In this document: positions 39,193 through 50,380 of the stretch, piece by piece
Layout of the letters: every line of letters starts with the position of its first letter
How positions within the stretch are numbered: the first letter of the stretch is position 1
IMG/VR virus record: IMGVR_UViG_3300009151_000061
Coordinates: 1-64,000 of that record
Origin: a virus
Reading direction: 5' to 3' (one strand)
DNA length: 64,000 nucleotides
The notes under the pieces: model-generated
Database searches by the model: none
Seen by the model: the letters and a program-made list of their open reading frames with translations, nothing else
What the model was told of the DNA's origin: nothing
Position numbers and translations under genes: made by a program

Positions 39193-39807
39193 TTAGTCAT
39201 CCATGAATCGATTCCGAAAATCTTCTGGTCTATTACAAAGATGTACAAATATTGCATCCTCGATTGGATAGATCTTATCTATACAATTAAGAACATATGG
39301 ATCATGTATCCTCACATAATTATTATATATTGGAACAATATACTCCGCCATAACTTTCTGTTCATATGGGAACATTTTCCACTTTACATCATCACACATA
39401 TTCCATATACCATCCTCAATTTTAACACCTTCTTTACTAACAAACTTAACCCCAGTATTAACCTTATAATCCCATGGCTTTTCATGGAAAAGATGATATA
39501 GTATATTTGGATCTGATAAATCAATTACCAACTCTATTCTAATATCAAATCTATTTACCCAAACATCAGTATCAATCCAGACAAACCATTTAGCATCTGG
39601 ATATTCTATCTCTGCTCTTTTTAGTATAACACATCTGTTATAATGTAGATGATGTATTTCCTTTTTTACTGGAGGTGTTTCATCATAGTATAACTTATAA
39701 CCATTCAAATCACAATAATCTTCAAGTGATTTTTTAGTATGTTTAGCAAATTTCTTATCTAATGGATAGTGACCACTTACTAATATAATATCCGATCCGT
39801 TTATCAT
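39193..39807 (-). CDS. Glycosyltransferase, GT34/GT-A-like
   Basis: YC..NGY, WFVWIDTD, VNTGV, YEQ, FVHL. Confidence 0.7.
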   Translation of the reverse strand: MINGSDIILVSGHYPLDKKFAKHTKKSLEDYCDLNGYKLYYDETPPVKKEIHHLHYNRCVILKRAEIEYPDAKWFVWIDTDVWVNRFDIRIELVIDLSDPNILYHLFHEKPWDYKVNTGVKFVSKEGVKIEDGIWNMCDDVKWKMFPYEQKVMAEYIVPIYNNYVRIHDPYVLNCIDKIYPIEDAIFVHLCNRPEDFRNRFMDD

Positions 39808-40895
39808 TCGACATTAAAGTGTTTTCTTAACGTTTCTAATGTATTTTCCTTTGACTTATTAAAATATTTAGTTGAAGTCCCCCTTAATATACCAAGAGAT
39901 GAAAATAACCTAAATAAATCCTGTACGTCCCTTGGTAATAAAATTACCCCATTCATTTTACATAAATCTATTATTGACTTAATAGATGGTAATCTATCAT
40001 TTATTTTAGTCTCCTCAGTGAAAATAACATTAACAACAGAGTTACAATAGAACCACTTTTGATAAGCTGGGTTAGAGTCAATCTTTTCTTTTATTTCAAT
40101 ATAAGAACGATACTTATAATACTCATTGAAATAAACCCCAAAAAGTATAGTTAGTTCAACTAGAGTTGATATTATAACAAAGAAGAATGAGTTATTCTTA
40201 TTCTCATCTTTCTTATCTTCTCCTTCTTTTTTCAACCCTTCTTCATAAGTCTTAATACTAGATACCAACTCTTCTTTATATAACTTGATCTTTGAATCAT
40301 CCTCTTTGGATTGATCATCTAAATCTTTCATCAACTTCTCCTGTTGCTTAGTTACTTTAGACTCAACTATAGAAGATTGTAATTTTGTTTGCATCTCAAT
40401 GAGTCCATTCTTATGAGTTTCTACTAAAGCAATCTTTTTATTTGTTTCCGATGTAAGTGAGTCCTCATATCTTTTTGTATCTGTTTTAATCTCGGTGTCT
40501 ATTTGTTTAGATTTAGAAGAGAACTCTTGAGCACCTTTGATTGATGAATAAAAAGAAATAGAAACTATGATAAGACTGGTTATCATCAAAGGCATTACAT
40601 CTTTATGATTAAAACTTTTATGTTTGATTTGTTGAAGTGAGAACTTATCAAATATTTCCCTTTTTAATAACTCCAATCCACCTAATAGTATTACCGAAGC
40701 AATACTAACTAGTATAGGATTGTTTGTAATAGCTCCAGATAATATCTTAGATATTAAAAAATATGCTAAAAATATAGAAGCAATATGTCCGAATATAGAC
40801 AAGAAGAACATAACAGTATTAATGTTCTTAAAGCTTTTGCTAAAGTCTTGCTCTTGTACTGATTCCTGTAATTTTTGAAAATCACTTAGTTTCAT
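39804..40895 (-). CDS. Multi-TM membrane protein with coiled coil
   Basis: Three N-terminal TM segments, coiled coil, fourth TM. Confidence 0.7.
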   Translation of the reverse strand: MKLSDFQKLQESVQEQDFSKSFKNINTVMFFLSIFGHIASIFLAYFLISKILSGAITNNPILVSIASVILLGGLELLKREIFDKFSLQQIKHKSFNHKDVMPLMITSLIIVSISFYSSIKGAQEFSSKSKQIDTEIKTDTKRYEDSLTSETNKKIALVETHKNGLIEMQTKLQSSIVESKVTKQQEKLMKDLDDQSKEDDSKIKLYKEELVSSIKTYEEGLKKEGEDKKDENKNNSFFFVIISTLVELTILFGVYFNEYYKYRSYIEIKEKIDSNPAYQKWFYCNSVVNVIFTEETKINDRLPSIKSIIDLCKMNGVILLPRDVQDLFRLFSSLGILRGTSTKYFNKSKENTLETLRKHFNVE

Positions 40896-41214
40896 CTTGT
40901 GTAATTATTTTTCCAGTCCATCTTTCCTTCCAAGAAAGTTTTCTGTTTTTCAACTGACCAATCTGATTTTCCAAATCAGCTTTTTTCGATAAGATATTAT
41001 CAACTTCTTTTCTTTTTAATTCCTCGATTTCCTTTATCCTTTCAGACTTGGAAAGAATATCAGATTTAAGAAGTTCATTCCTACCGGATATCGTGCGGCA
41101 ATAGTTTCTAAATTGAAACAATAGGAACCTATATTCATCCGGATTTAGACCTTCGTTAAAATCAGAGGTCATTAAATAATTAAGTATTTCTTCAGTTGAT
41201 AGATTATTCATCAT
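40882..41214 (-). CDS. Hypothetical coiled-coil protein
   Basis: 110 aa ORF. Confidence 0.65.
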   Translation of the reverse strand: MMNNLSTEEILNYLMTSDFNEGLNPDEYRFLLFQFRNYCRTISGRNELLKSDILSKSERIKEIEELKRKEVDNILSKKADLENQIGQLKNRKLSWKERWTGKIITQDETK

Positions 41215-41230
41215 TAGGGTATATATATTT

Positions 41231-42316
41231 TTATTTAAATCCTATATCAGATATTGGAATTAACCTGCTTCTTTTCTTAATAACATCAACAACTTTAGTC
41301 GGTGTCTTGATCTTATTCTTACTTCCCAATGTCTTAGCAAGTTCAGAAGCCTTGGATTTATCAAGAGCATCAACCTCTATTATATCAATAAGATTATTAC
41401 ACTCAAATAGATTATGATCTACTAGGCTAACATTGTCCACGTTTAATATGGTTATTATGTTTAGATCAAAACTATCAGACTGAACACCATCTACCAACTG
41501 TAATAAGTTATTAGTGAATATATTAGACTTGGTATACAACTCACTAAAGTAGATTTCAGAATCATCAATAACTATAACCGAGTTCTTATATCTCTTAATA
41601 AAACTTCTGAACTCTGGGTTATTAACTGTTACTTCTATCATAGAAGATGGTATAAAAATAACTACCTTATCCAACATAGAAGCAATCCAGTTTACAAGTA
41701 CGGTTTTGCCGGTTCCTCTTTCACCCCATATAATACTCAAACCTTTCGGAGTTTTCTTTATTGACTTAACTAACTTCTCGGCTTGTTTCATAACATCATC
41801 ATTGAAATAGTTTTCAATGTTATCATAGTCTGCCTTTAGTAGATCTATTGAATCTATCTCCAATCCTGTTTGTGATATAGTTACTGTATTAATCCTAGTA
41901 AGATTTTCTTGACTTAGTTCTATTTCAACCTCCTCAAGTTCCCCAACTAACTCTTCTACACCCTCAACACCAGAATTTGAATAGTAAATAGCGACCTCAC
42001 CGATTATTGCTTCCTCGGTTAGTTTATCGTATTGAATCCATGATACATAAATATCTTCAGTATATTTAACCAACACTTTTTCATTGACCATGTAGTCCGT
42101 ACCAGTAGGAACTACTTCGGTAAATATACCAGTGTAGTCTTCTAACTTAGGTGAGAATAACTCTAGAAATTTAGATGTCTCATAGTTATTAAACAAAGAC
42201 ATTTTATTTGGACGTGAACCGAATATTTTCCAAACATAAAGGTAATCATTAACATTATTATCATCACGACTTATGTTAATATTGGGTTGTTCGACTTTTG
42301 TATTTTTTTGAGACAT
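41231..42316 (-). CDS. AAA+ ATPase
   Basis: Walker A GERGTGKT, Walker B VIVIDDSE, LLQLVDG. Confidence 0.8.
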   Translation of the reverse strand: MSQKNTKVEQPNINISRDDNNVNDYLYVWKIFGSRPNKMSLFNNYETSKFLELFSPKLEDYTGIFTEVVPTGTDYMVNEKVLVKYTEDIYVSWIQYDKLTEEAIIGEVAIYYSNSGVEGVEELVGELEEVEIELSQENLTRINTVTISQTGLEIDSIDLLKADYDNIENYFNDDVMKQAEKLVKSIKKTPKGLSIIWGERGTGKTVLVNWIASMLDKVVIFIPSSMIEVTVNNPEFRSFIKRYKNSVIVIDDSEIYFSELYTKSNIFTNNLLQLVDGVQSDSFDLNIITILNVDNVSLVDHNLFECNNLIDIIEVDALDKSKASELAKTLGSKNKIKTPTKVVDVIKKRSRLIPISDIGFK

Positions 42317-42528
42317 TATAAATTTATTTTTAATTTTTATATATATGTTAAATATAAATGTTTGAGATATGAATAAAGATGTAGAAACTATATTATGTTA
42401 TAATATTTATATAGCTTCCGCTAATTGTGATAAACATAGGAGTTTAGCAAGAAATCTGTTTACATGGAGAATTAAAAAAGCGTTGAATAAGAAAAAGTCT
42501 CATCCAACGCGTTTTAAATTTTGGAAGC

Positions 42529-42753
42529 TTATATTTGGGGGCCGTTAACAACAGGCATACCCAAAGTCGGACCACCAAATCCCGGTAATGGTAGTGGAGT
42601 AACCGGTGAGTTAAATAACCCTTTTTGTTTTTCTTGTTCAATCAACTTCATCAAAAATTCTTCCTGAATCTTTTGAGCTTTCTTTTTTTGAATATTAGAT
42701 TGTTCGTTTCTTTTAGCAATCTTCTTACGATGTTCTTTGGCTTTCTTACCCAT
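42529..42753 (-). CDS. Small basic hypothetical protein
   Basis: MGKKAKEHRKKIAKRN...; imperfect hairpin downstream at 42474-42516. Confidence 0.65.
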   Translation of the reverse strand: MGKKAKEHRKKIAKRNEQSNIQKKKAQKIQEEFLMKLIEQEKQKGLFNSPVTPLPLPGFGGPTLGMPVVNGPQI

Positions 42754-42787
42754 ATTAGTTAGATTTTTTTATTATATATCATTTTTA

Positions 42788-45700
42788 TTAAAAGTCGAAT
42801 ATAAACTGGAAATTCTTATTCTCTTCCATCCATTTTTGTAACTCATCCCGATTTAAATCTCTTATATCTCTACCATCACTTGTCTTTATCTCATAGATAA
42901 AATTACTTGGTTGTATATTTGGATTAAAACTTTGAGTACCAGACGAAAAATAGTTACCATTTAACAAGTTCATAATATCCAATGGACTCAAATCATCATT
43001 TGTTTCCTTAGTTAGTTTAATATGAGGTGGTGGATTAATAATACCACCTATTCCAAAAAGAGCCCACATAAAGTCAACTATACCATTAAATATTCCCTCA
43101 AATATACCAAGTATACCATTTAACTGTAATAAAGGAATCATCTTTGGAATAGAAGAGTTTGGAAAAATCATACTTTTTATTTGATCTAAGTTGTAAGTAG
43201 GTAAATTTGTCCAAGGAAGTTTTGATATTTGATTCATATCAAAGCTACTTTTTGAATTTGCTTTAGCTCCCGGTATCCACTCTAATAAATACTTCTGTAT
43301 ATCAAAATTAATACCAGACAACCCAAACAAACTGGTTGGAACCGTTGGGTTGAAAAAGTCAGACATCCACTTAAACGAAACAAAGTCAACTATCTTAGAT
43401 GGTAACTCAAAAGGATTTGTCAATCCTTTGAAAAAATCCATAATATATTGGACTATACCTAAAACTAACTTCAATGGTAAAGTAACCATACTCAAAACAA
43501 AATTCAGTATAGGTTGTATTCCAGCTAATGCTAATCCTTCTAAAGATTTTGCTAATAACTTTTTTAGTTCTGATATTTTATCCTTAATAAACTGGTTATT
43601 GGGATCAGACTTCTGAGCATCATTTAACGCATCAATCGCACTTGGGTAATCCCCTTGATCTTCATATTCACCAGCCTTAACCAATAATCCCCTCACATAA
43701 TCAGTAACATAAATATAAGTGTAGTCGACTCCAGGTATGTAAACACCAGTTGAATATTGTATAGATATATCTTCTGAATAAACATTAGACCCAGCTTGGG
43801 TAGTGAACGTATTACTTGATAAGTTTGAACTATAAGATGTACTATTTGCTAACACACTTAGTTTCATTTGTTGGTTAATAATGTCATGACTTATTCCTAA
43901 AATTTCAGCCAATGTCTTATCCGTACTAGGCACCGAACCACCAAGTATAGGTAGAAATGGTATTTGTGGGGTATTAGTCAGTAAACTACTTAACTGAACC
44001 TTTAGTCCGAATTTTAACCCAGGCAATTTTATTAAATCACCAAATAACTTAACACTTGATACCCCATCCAATATAAACTTAGCAACTCCAGCGTCTGTTA
44101 TATAAACATAATTTTTTAGACTAGAATTTTTTACATAAGATTTCATCTCCTTAACATCACTTGGAGTGGGATTTGTCTTAGACTTCGACCCAACCTTTTT
44201 TAAGTCATTAATGAAGTCTTTAGAAAAGAATCCAAAGTGAGATAATCCAACACCAGTCCCAAACTTATCGGTTATTATATCTAGAATAAATGTTGAAGGG
44301 TTCTTTATTAAATCTAATAATAAATCGATAGCTGGGAATAATTTAGTAAAAATCTGAATCATCAATGATATAAACGGTTTAATAGCTTTGATTGCATCTT
44401 TTATATGGTAGTTACCACCACCACCTATAGATCCCTCTGCTTGGTCTATTATACTAGATATTGGATTTTTATTCTTAGATGATAATACCCCCTCAACTAT
44501 ATAATATGTCTCAGTATCATCTTCACTAGTCATATATCGGTATATTTGTTCAATATCCTGATTAGCGTCAACGGTTTGGTTATTAGAATCAACCCCTTGC
44601 ATCGGAGTACCGTAATAACCCTTAGAATAAAGTGTGTCAATCTGTAGTTGTTTGTTGGTTATTTGATTACGATCAATAATTTTACCAAACGGATTGGTTG
44701 AGTCCTTAACTCTTATTTCAGTTGGTGGTATAACTACTCTATTCTGCGATATACTCAAATCAGTTAATTTAATACTTACTATATTTTGTTGAATATCACT
44801 TGGAAGTAAAGAAACTAAATCATTAGCATAAACCTGGACATAGTCAAATTTTAGATTGTTAAAGAACAAAACTTTCCCATTTGGGAACGTTAAGAAATTT
44901 GGATTGTAATAAATGTCAACACTAAACACCCCATTTGAATAAACCCCTCTTTGTAAAGTATATACACCATTATTATTTGTTAAGACATAAGTATAATAGT
45001 TATCTACAAATGAATAACCAGATTTAAATTCGTCCGGTATTTTATAATATCTCATCTCCAGTAAGTAAGACTGTTTTAGATCAATATTATCCCAAGATAT
45101 TTCCTTTACAGTTCCAGTTGTTGGTATATTTAAATTATTACCACTTAATGAATAATAAAAGTAATCATTATTAGATAGTGATATAGTCAAATTATTCTTA
45201 ATAAATCTTACTATTGTAGTTGATACTTCATGGCCGGATATATCTGTATACTTAATATCAGTTGAAGAATCACATTTAATAAACTTCATATCATACTCAG
45301 AATCAGGATCAATCCAAATAGAACCGGAAGGCCCACTTATTTGTTTAGCCTCATAGGCATAGTTTATATTATAATACTGAGACGGAACATAACCCAACCC
45401 ATTTGTATTACTATTGTTTGATATAGGCAGGAAACCATATTTTATTATATTATCAATATGACTTTGTAACATAGTAATTCCTTTCATTGAAGGCACACCA
45501 GAATTCGGTGTCTCAGATTGAGTACCAACTGTAGTCAACATAGTTGATAGCTGTGTAAGAGCAGAATCCTTTTGAGACTGTGTAAGACCTTGTTTATCCA
45601 TTTTTTTACTAGCATCATCTAAAAAGTATTGTAAGTAGTAATTACGAGCAACCTCATTATTTGTTGTTATCTGATTATAGTTACCATACCACTTTCCACT

Positions 45701-46603
45701 ATTGTATAACCAAGGAAGCTTTGACTTAATCTGATCCTCAGTTAATGGGGTAAATTGACTAGATGAAGTACCAACTGTATAAACCGCAAATACAACATTA
45801 TCTGGTTTACCGTCATCATCTGTTGGTATGGATTGTGTAGCATTAGAATCAGGTAGAGTTATTGAATCATCTTTAATATATCTATACTCATATTTATAAT
45901 CAACCCCCTCTTCATACTGACCTGTTGAGTAAACTATAGACTGTGTTATAGATGTATATCCTTGTGGTAAGTAATCATATGTAGTAACATCTGATTGACT
46001 TGATTGGGACAGACCTGTATTAGAGTTAGAAGTTGTAGTAGTATCTGATTTTCTTATATTGGATAGACTATTTAATTTACCTAAAGAATTACTGAAACTA
46101 TTAGTACCTCCATATCCAAGAGCGGCTGGATTTCCAATCGGCTTAGCAGATGAACCACCAAATGCTAAAACCCTTGCGATTATATCTTCAATAAGGACGA
46201 AATTGTTTAAAACTATTTTAGCTACCTCTATGTAAGGTTTCTGTGTCTCAAATATAGAAGTAATAAGAGCTTTCTCCAAGGATTTAAGACCACCTAGATT
46301 ACCACTACTAACCCCCATTGATATATCACCTGGGGGTACTTGTATTCTACCGTCTTTAAGGTATTGTTCATGTGGTCTATTAAGAGTGGTTCCAGTGGCT
46401 TTTGTAAATGTTTTTAACTGGTTAACATTATTCATTTTACCGATGTTTTTCATTAACATCTTTTTCTGAATACCATCAGCAATACCAATATCACCTTGGG
46501 CGAATTTAATTAAATACTGGATATCTGTAACAAGTAGAACTGGTTTAGGAGAAGGTTCTCGTGAATCACGAGGGTAATTTACAAGGGTAAAATTTATAGC
46601 CAT
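42788..46603 (-). CDS. Large putative virion structural protein (1271 aa)
   Basis: S/T/N-rich; internal repeat YSTG.Y..GVDY.Y.Y; amphipathic helices. Confidence 0.6.
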   Translation of the reverse strand: MAINFTLVNYPRDSREPSPKPVLLVTDIQYLIKFAQGDIGIADGIQKKMLMKNIGKMNNVNQLKTFTKATGTTLNRPHEQYLKDGRIQVPPGDISMGVSSGNLGGLKSLEKALITSIFETQKPYIEVAKIVLNNFVLIEDIIARVLAFGGSSAKPIGNPAALGYGGTNSFSNSLGKLNSLSNIRKSDTTTTSNSNTGLSQSSQSDVTTYDYLPQGYTSITQSIVYSTGQYEEGVDYKYEYRYIKDDSITLPDSNATQSIPTDDDGKPDNVVFAVYTVGTSSSQFTPLTEDQIKSKLPWLYNSGKWYGNYNQITTNNEVARNYYLQYFLDDASKKMDKQGLTQSQKDSALTQLSTMLTTVGTQSETPNSGVPSMKGITMLQSHIDNIIKYGFLPISNNSNTNGLGYVPSQYYNINYAYEAKQISGPSGSIWIDPDSEYDMKFIKCDSSTDIKYTDISGHEVSTTIVRFIKNNLTISLSNNDYFYYSLSGNNLNIPTTGTVKEISWDNIDLKQSYLLEMRYYKIPDEFKSGYSFVDNYYTYVLTNNNGVYTLQRGVYSNGVFSVDIYYNPNFLTFPNGKVLFFNNLKFDYVQVYANDLVSLLPSDIQQNIVSIKLTDLSISQNRVVIPPTEIRVKDSTNPFGKIIDRNQITNKQLQIDTLYSKGYYGTPMQGVDSNNQTVDANQDIEQIYRYMTSEDDTETYYIVEGVLSSKNKNPISSIIDQAEGSIGGGGNYHIKDAIKAIKPFISLMIQIFTKLFPAIDLLLDLIKNPSTFILDIITDKFGTGVGLSHFGFFSKDFINDLKKVGSKSKTNPTPSDVKEMKSYVKNSSLKNYVYITDAGVAKFILDGVSSVKLFGDLIKLPGLKFGLKVQLSSLLTNTPQIPFLPILGGSVPSTDKTLAEILGISHDIINQQMKLSVLANSTSYSSNLSSNTFTTQAGSNVYSEDISIQYSTGVYIPGVDYTYIYVTDYVRGLLVKAGEYEDQGDYPSAIDALNDAQKSDPNNQFIKDKISELKKLLAKSLEGLALAGIQPILNFVLSMVTLPLKLVLGIVQYIMDFFKGLTNPFELPSKIVDFVSFKWMSDFFNPTVPTSLFGLSGINFDIQKYLLEWIPGAKANSKSSFDMNQISKLPWTNLPTYNLDQIKSMIFPNSSIPKMIPLLQLNGILGIFEGIFNGIVDFMWALFGIGGIINPPPHIKLTKETNDDLSPLDIMNLLNGNYFSSGTQSFNPNIQPSNFIYEIKTSDGRDIRDLNRDELQKWMEENKNFQFIFDF

Positions 46604-46627
46604 ACGTTATATATTATGGTATAATAA

Positions 46628-46939
46628 CTACGTCCTTTGGTTGTATATAGATACTGGTTTATTAACATTTATACCATGCTGCCAAGTACCTAATTTTAAT
46701 GAGTTTTTATTATTGAATCTACCTCTAAGTTGTCCGGTTTGTAAATCAGTTAAATAAACATGGAATTGGTCTGCGTATTCATCATCACTATTAGGATTTG
46801 TGAAATATTGTTCATCTGCCTCAAAGTCATCAACCGAAGATATAATACCAAATCCCCATCCACGACCTTTAAGATCTTTGATAATACGTTCATAGTCGTA
46901 TTTATCTTCCATCATTTCATTAAACCTCATTATTCTCAT
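46628..46939 (-). CDS. Hypothetical protein (MRIMRFNE tag)
   Basis: 103 aa ORF. Confidence 0.7.
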   Translation of the reverse strand: MRIMRFNEMMEDKYDYERIIKDLKGRGWGFGIISSVDDFEADEQYFTNPNSDDEYADQFHVYLTDLQTGQLRGRFNNKNSLKLGTWQHGINVNKPVSIYNQRT

Positions 46940-46941
46940 AT

Positions 46942-47277
46942 TTATTCTACTTTGTAGCCATGACCCCCATTTATATAATAAAGTCTTGTAGCATTATAAG
47001 CTTTTCTGTTTTCAAGTATTTCTCTCATAAATTCAAGAGCATTTAAAAAGTCTGGATTTTCATCAGCTGTATGAAAGTTTCTAATACCAGATTCATCAAT
47101 CATCGGTTCAAAGTTCTTATTAAACTCCCTATTTATCTCATTTATATAGAAGTTAGCTGCTTTCTCTTTAGTTGAGAAAACTCTAGTAGATTCTATATCA
47201 CCATCATAATAGACTATATTAACAATCCAAACCTCATTAAGATTAGAAGCTTCCTCAAATAGTTTAATCCTCTTCAT
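46942..47277 (-). CDS. Hypothetical protein (MKRIKLFEE tag)
   Basis: 111 aa ORF. Confidence 0.7.
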   Translation of the reverse strand: MKRIKLFEEASNLNEVWIVNIVYYDGDIESTRVFSTKEKAANFYINEINREFNKNFEPMIDESGIRNFHTADENPDFLNALEFMREILENRKAYNATRLYYINGGHGYKVE

Positions 47278-48697
47278 TAGGCATTGTAGTCATTTTATCT
47301 GAAACTATTTGGCTGAAGTTATCAACTGGTTCAAAATGATACTTAGCTGATAACTTACCAGACATTTCACCACCACTAAACCTAACTGATACAAAACAGT
47401 TAATCAATGGTTTTTTATCTAGATCAAGTCTTATTTTAATAGTAAAGTCATTGTTTTCTTCTTCCTCTTCATCAACCACCATCTTAACATGGTAATCAAA
47501 TAAAGTATCTATATCTTCAAAGTGATCTCTAAAGAACTTCCTTGGAGGTATTTGGTTAAACGAGTTACCTTTATCTCCTAAATAGAATACAGGTCTTTCT
47601 AAACAACCCATCTTTTCAACAATGGTTTTTATAAGTTTCATCTTAACATTACCAGTACCCATTTTAAATCCGTCATCTAATTTCTGGATGTCGTCAATCG
47701 AGTTAGCTGATAATGATTCAGTTAATAAATGTTCTAATATCTTAGAGTTTAAGATAAAGATTTTCTTTTCCATCCATTCATTATAAACTCTATCAGTATC
47801 TAAGAAACAAGAATCTTTATGTTTCCATATCTCCGACATTAAATCAGAAAACTTTAAAATGTTTTTATCAAACTCTTTAATATGTTCTCCTAATGTTTTA
47901 TATCTTGGATCTCTATGTTTTAGTTCATAATACTCAAAATAACCAAGAGAATCCATTCTATTTGGTTCAATGAACTTTTCAATGTGTAGTTTAATGTTTC
48001 TATTAGCATTCTCATATATTATTTTAACCCAGTCTTGAGTTAGTTTATCCCACTTCTTAATGTAATCCTCATTATACATCTTTTCAGTATCATTACCGAT
48101 TAAATCATCAGCAAATTTATTGAAAGAAGCTGATTTAGAACTACTTAATCCTTTATTTAAAAATAAACTAAACTGTCTACCATCTTTTAATTCTATTACT
48201 ATATCTTCATTATGATCTTTATCACGATTAGGACCAATCCAATAAATACTTCTGATTAGATCCTCTGTTAGTTTTTGATCCGGTAATATTTTATCAATAA
48301 TATTACGAGCAGTTATTCTAGCATTAATAAGTGTATTCCAATCATCTTCTATATTAAACTTAACATCATTGAATACAGCATTGATCTTAGCTGACTCGTC
48401 ATCTGATATACACTTATCATCTTGGAAGATTCCTAAGTGTAATCTGTTTTTAGCCATTAATAGATTTTTAAGATCTGTTGTAAATACTTGAGAGTTCTCT
48501 GAATATCTAGCCTTTAGTCCTCTATCAAGAACATTGTCTAAAAACTCATTATTGATTAGTACCATACATGTACAGATTTCTGATACAAGATTTTTAGGCT
48601 TATATGTAGATTTAGATTCTGGCTCAGGTTGGGCTTGAACTTGCATTATATTATTTTGAGCTTCTAAAAATAAGTGGTATTTTCTGATGACTTTCAT
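47264..48697 (-). CDS. Hypothetical protein (MKVIRKYHLFLE tag)
   Basis: 477 aa ORF. Confidence 0.75.
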   Translation of the reverse strand: MKVIRKYHLFLEAQNNIMQVQAQPEPESKSTYKPKNLVSEICTCMVLINNEFLDNVLDRGLKARYSENSQVFTTDLKNLLMAKNRLHLGIFQDDKCISDDESAKINAVFNDVKFNIEDDWNTLINARITARNIIDKILPDQKLTEDLIRSIYWIGPNRDKDHNEDIVIELKDGRQFSLFLNKGLSSSKSASFNKFADDLIGNDTEKMYNEDYIKKWDKLTQDWVKIIYENANRNIKLHIEKFIEPNRMDSLGYFEYYELKHRDPRYKTLGEHIKEFDKNILKFSDLMSEIWKHKDSCFLDTDRVYNEWMEKKIFILNSKILEHLLTESLSANSIDDIQKLDDGFKMGTGNVKMKLIKTIVEKMGCLERPVFYLGDKGNSFNQIPPRKFFRDHFEDIDTLFDYHVKMVVDEEEEENNDFTIKIRLDLDKKPLINCFVSVRFSGGEMSGKLSAKYHFEPVDNFSQIVSDKMTTMPNEED

Positions 48698-48712
48698 TAT
48701 TGTTTAAAACAA

Positions 48713-48732
48713 TTTTAATATATATATTAAAA
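48713..48732. promoter_or_regulatory. Palindromic bidirectional late-type promoter
   Basis: TTTTAATATATATATTAAAA between divergent genes. Confidence 0.65.
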
Positions 48733-48745
48733 TCAAATCATCATT

Positions 48746-49189
48746 TTGTTGAAACATTTAAAAACATTCGAATCCGCTCCAAGAAAACGAGAACTAACTA
48801 CTGGACTAACTGAAAACGAATACTATCAGAAGATTTCCGAATTTGCTTATGAAAAAGTAAAACATGAAGTTTGGAAACCCTTGATAAAATCCAGTATTCT
48901 AAGTCCCAAATCAGATGATGAAGTAGATGAATCTATTTCAAATCCTTTTACCCAACACGAACTAGAATATCTTGATAAAATAGGTAAGATAGAAATAACA
49001 CCCCATAGAACTATTATTGTAAGGATGATATATGATTGGGGATTTATTTATATGATGAAACAACCAGATGATTGGTTCTATATCAAAATAAACTATAAAG
49101 ATAACTATAGCTTCTTAGTTGATAAATTTTGGAAGTGTGACCAGTTTGATGGACTTAAACATCTATTAAAAAACATAAGTATTAAATAA
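48746..49189 (+). CDS. Hypothetical protein, DDWFY...WKCDQFDGL family
   Basis: TTG start, LKHLKTFES tag. Confidence 0.7.
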   Translation: MLKHLKTFESAPRKRELTTGLTENEYYQKISEFAYEKVKHEVWKPLIKSSILSPKSDDEVDESISNPFTQHELEYLDKIGKIEITPHRTIIVRMIYDWGFIYMMKQPDDWFYIKINYKDNYSFLVDKFWKCDQFDGLKHLLKNISIK

Positions 49190-49199
49190 TATATACATA

Positions 49200-49832
49200 A
49201 TGAAACATCTTAAATCATATCTTAAATACTTAGAATCTATTAAATTTGATCTAGCAATCGTTAATGTTGATATCAATGAATCATTAGGCATATACTATGA
49301 GAATATACTTAAATCTATTGGTGCTGAAGAAATAGATATGTTCGATACATTTAAACTACCTAAAGATGATTTCGAAAAGAAACTAAACCTAGATATACTT
49401 ACCGCTAATCCAGAGTTTATTAACTCACTAGCAAGTATTGGTCTAAAGAAGTCTAACCTAATGAATACGGAGGATTTCGAGACATTTGTTAATAAACCAT
49501 CAAGATTTATGTTAATCTATCGTGTTGAAGCAAATGAACTAGAAAACCCTAACTATATTCTATTCCAATCATTTAATCAAACATTAAATAAGTGGGAAGA
49601 TTGTAAGTTATTTAAGGTAAATGGAGATATTAAATCTTTTTATGATAAGTTATCTTCAAGAGTTATTGAGGTAGAAGATGGTGATAATAAGTATATTTAT
49701 AATACATCTAATGGTAATGAGTGGACACTTCAAAATCCGGATAAAGCAAATGATATCTTCAAGAAGTATTTTAGAAAAGATGAATTTGAAAAGCTTATTA
49801 ATGATAATAAAGTAAAGATTAATATTATATAA
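49200..49832 (+). CDS. Hypothetical protein (MKHLKSYLKYLES tag)
   Basis: 210 aa ORF. Confidence 0.75.
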   Translation: MKHLKSYLKYLESIKFDLAIVNVDINESLGIYYENILKSIGAEEIDMFDTFKLPKDDFEKKLNLDILTANPEFINSLASIGLKKSNLMNTEDFETFVNKPSRFMLIYRVEANELENPNYILFQSFNQTLNKWEDCKLFKVNGDIKSFYDKLSSRVIEVEDGDNKYIYNTSNGNEWTLQNPDKANDIFKKYFRKDEFEKLINDNKVKINII

Positions 49833-50380
49833 TGAAACACATAAGGAGGTTTAATGAATCAAAATCATTTTCATTAGAGGATGACTTGTATGTATTCTTT
49901 GATATCGATCCAGATGTTAAAGAGGAGACCAATGATTTACATTTTTTAATATTTGATAACCGTGAAGTAGAAAGAGTTAAAGATGATAAATTTAATCCTG
50001 AGGATCTTAATAAATATTTAAGTTCCTCTCGATTTAAAAACTTTGAATTTTTGTTTGATCTAACAGATGACGGTAGAATAGTAATTCTATTGGTTACCAA
50101 AATATTTGTATCTCAACATCAAAACTTATTACTTAGAAACCTTAAAGAAGAAGATCATCCATTAAAAATTCAATTTGATGAATATCGCTCTGTATCTGGT
50201 ATGTCTGAAATTTATAACGACGCTAAAATCTATAAAGGATTACCGAGTCATTGTTCTCTAGTCAAAGGATTAAACTATGATAAATCTTATGAGTTTTGGA
50301 ATCATGAAACAATGGATGATCCTATGTATATAGATACTAAAACCGAGTTACAATATGTGATATTTAAATCATCTATTTAA
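49832..50380 (+). CDS. Hypothetical protein (MKHIRRFNES tag)
   Basis: 182 aa ORF. Confidence 0.7.
   Translation: MKHIRRFNESKSFSLEDDLYVFFDIDPDVKEETNDLHFLIFDNREVERVKDDKFNPEDLNKYLSSSRFKNFEFLFDLTDDGRIVILLVTKIFVSQHQNLLLRNLKEEDHPLKIQFDEYRSVSGMSEIYNDAKIYKGLPSHCSLVKGLNYDKSYEFWNHETMDDPMYIDTKTELQYVIFKSSI

Noticed and set aside
42369-42446. 25-codon plus-strand ORF in an intergenic gap
   Set aside because: No motif or supporting signal; it abuts the AAA gene promoter.
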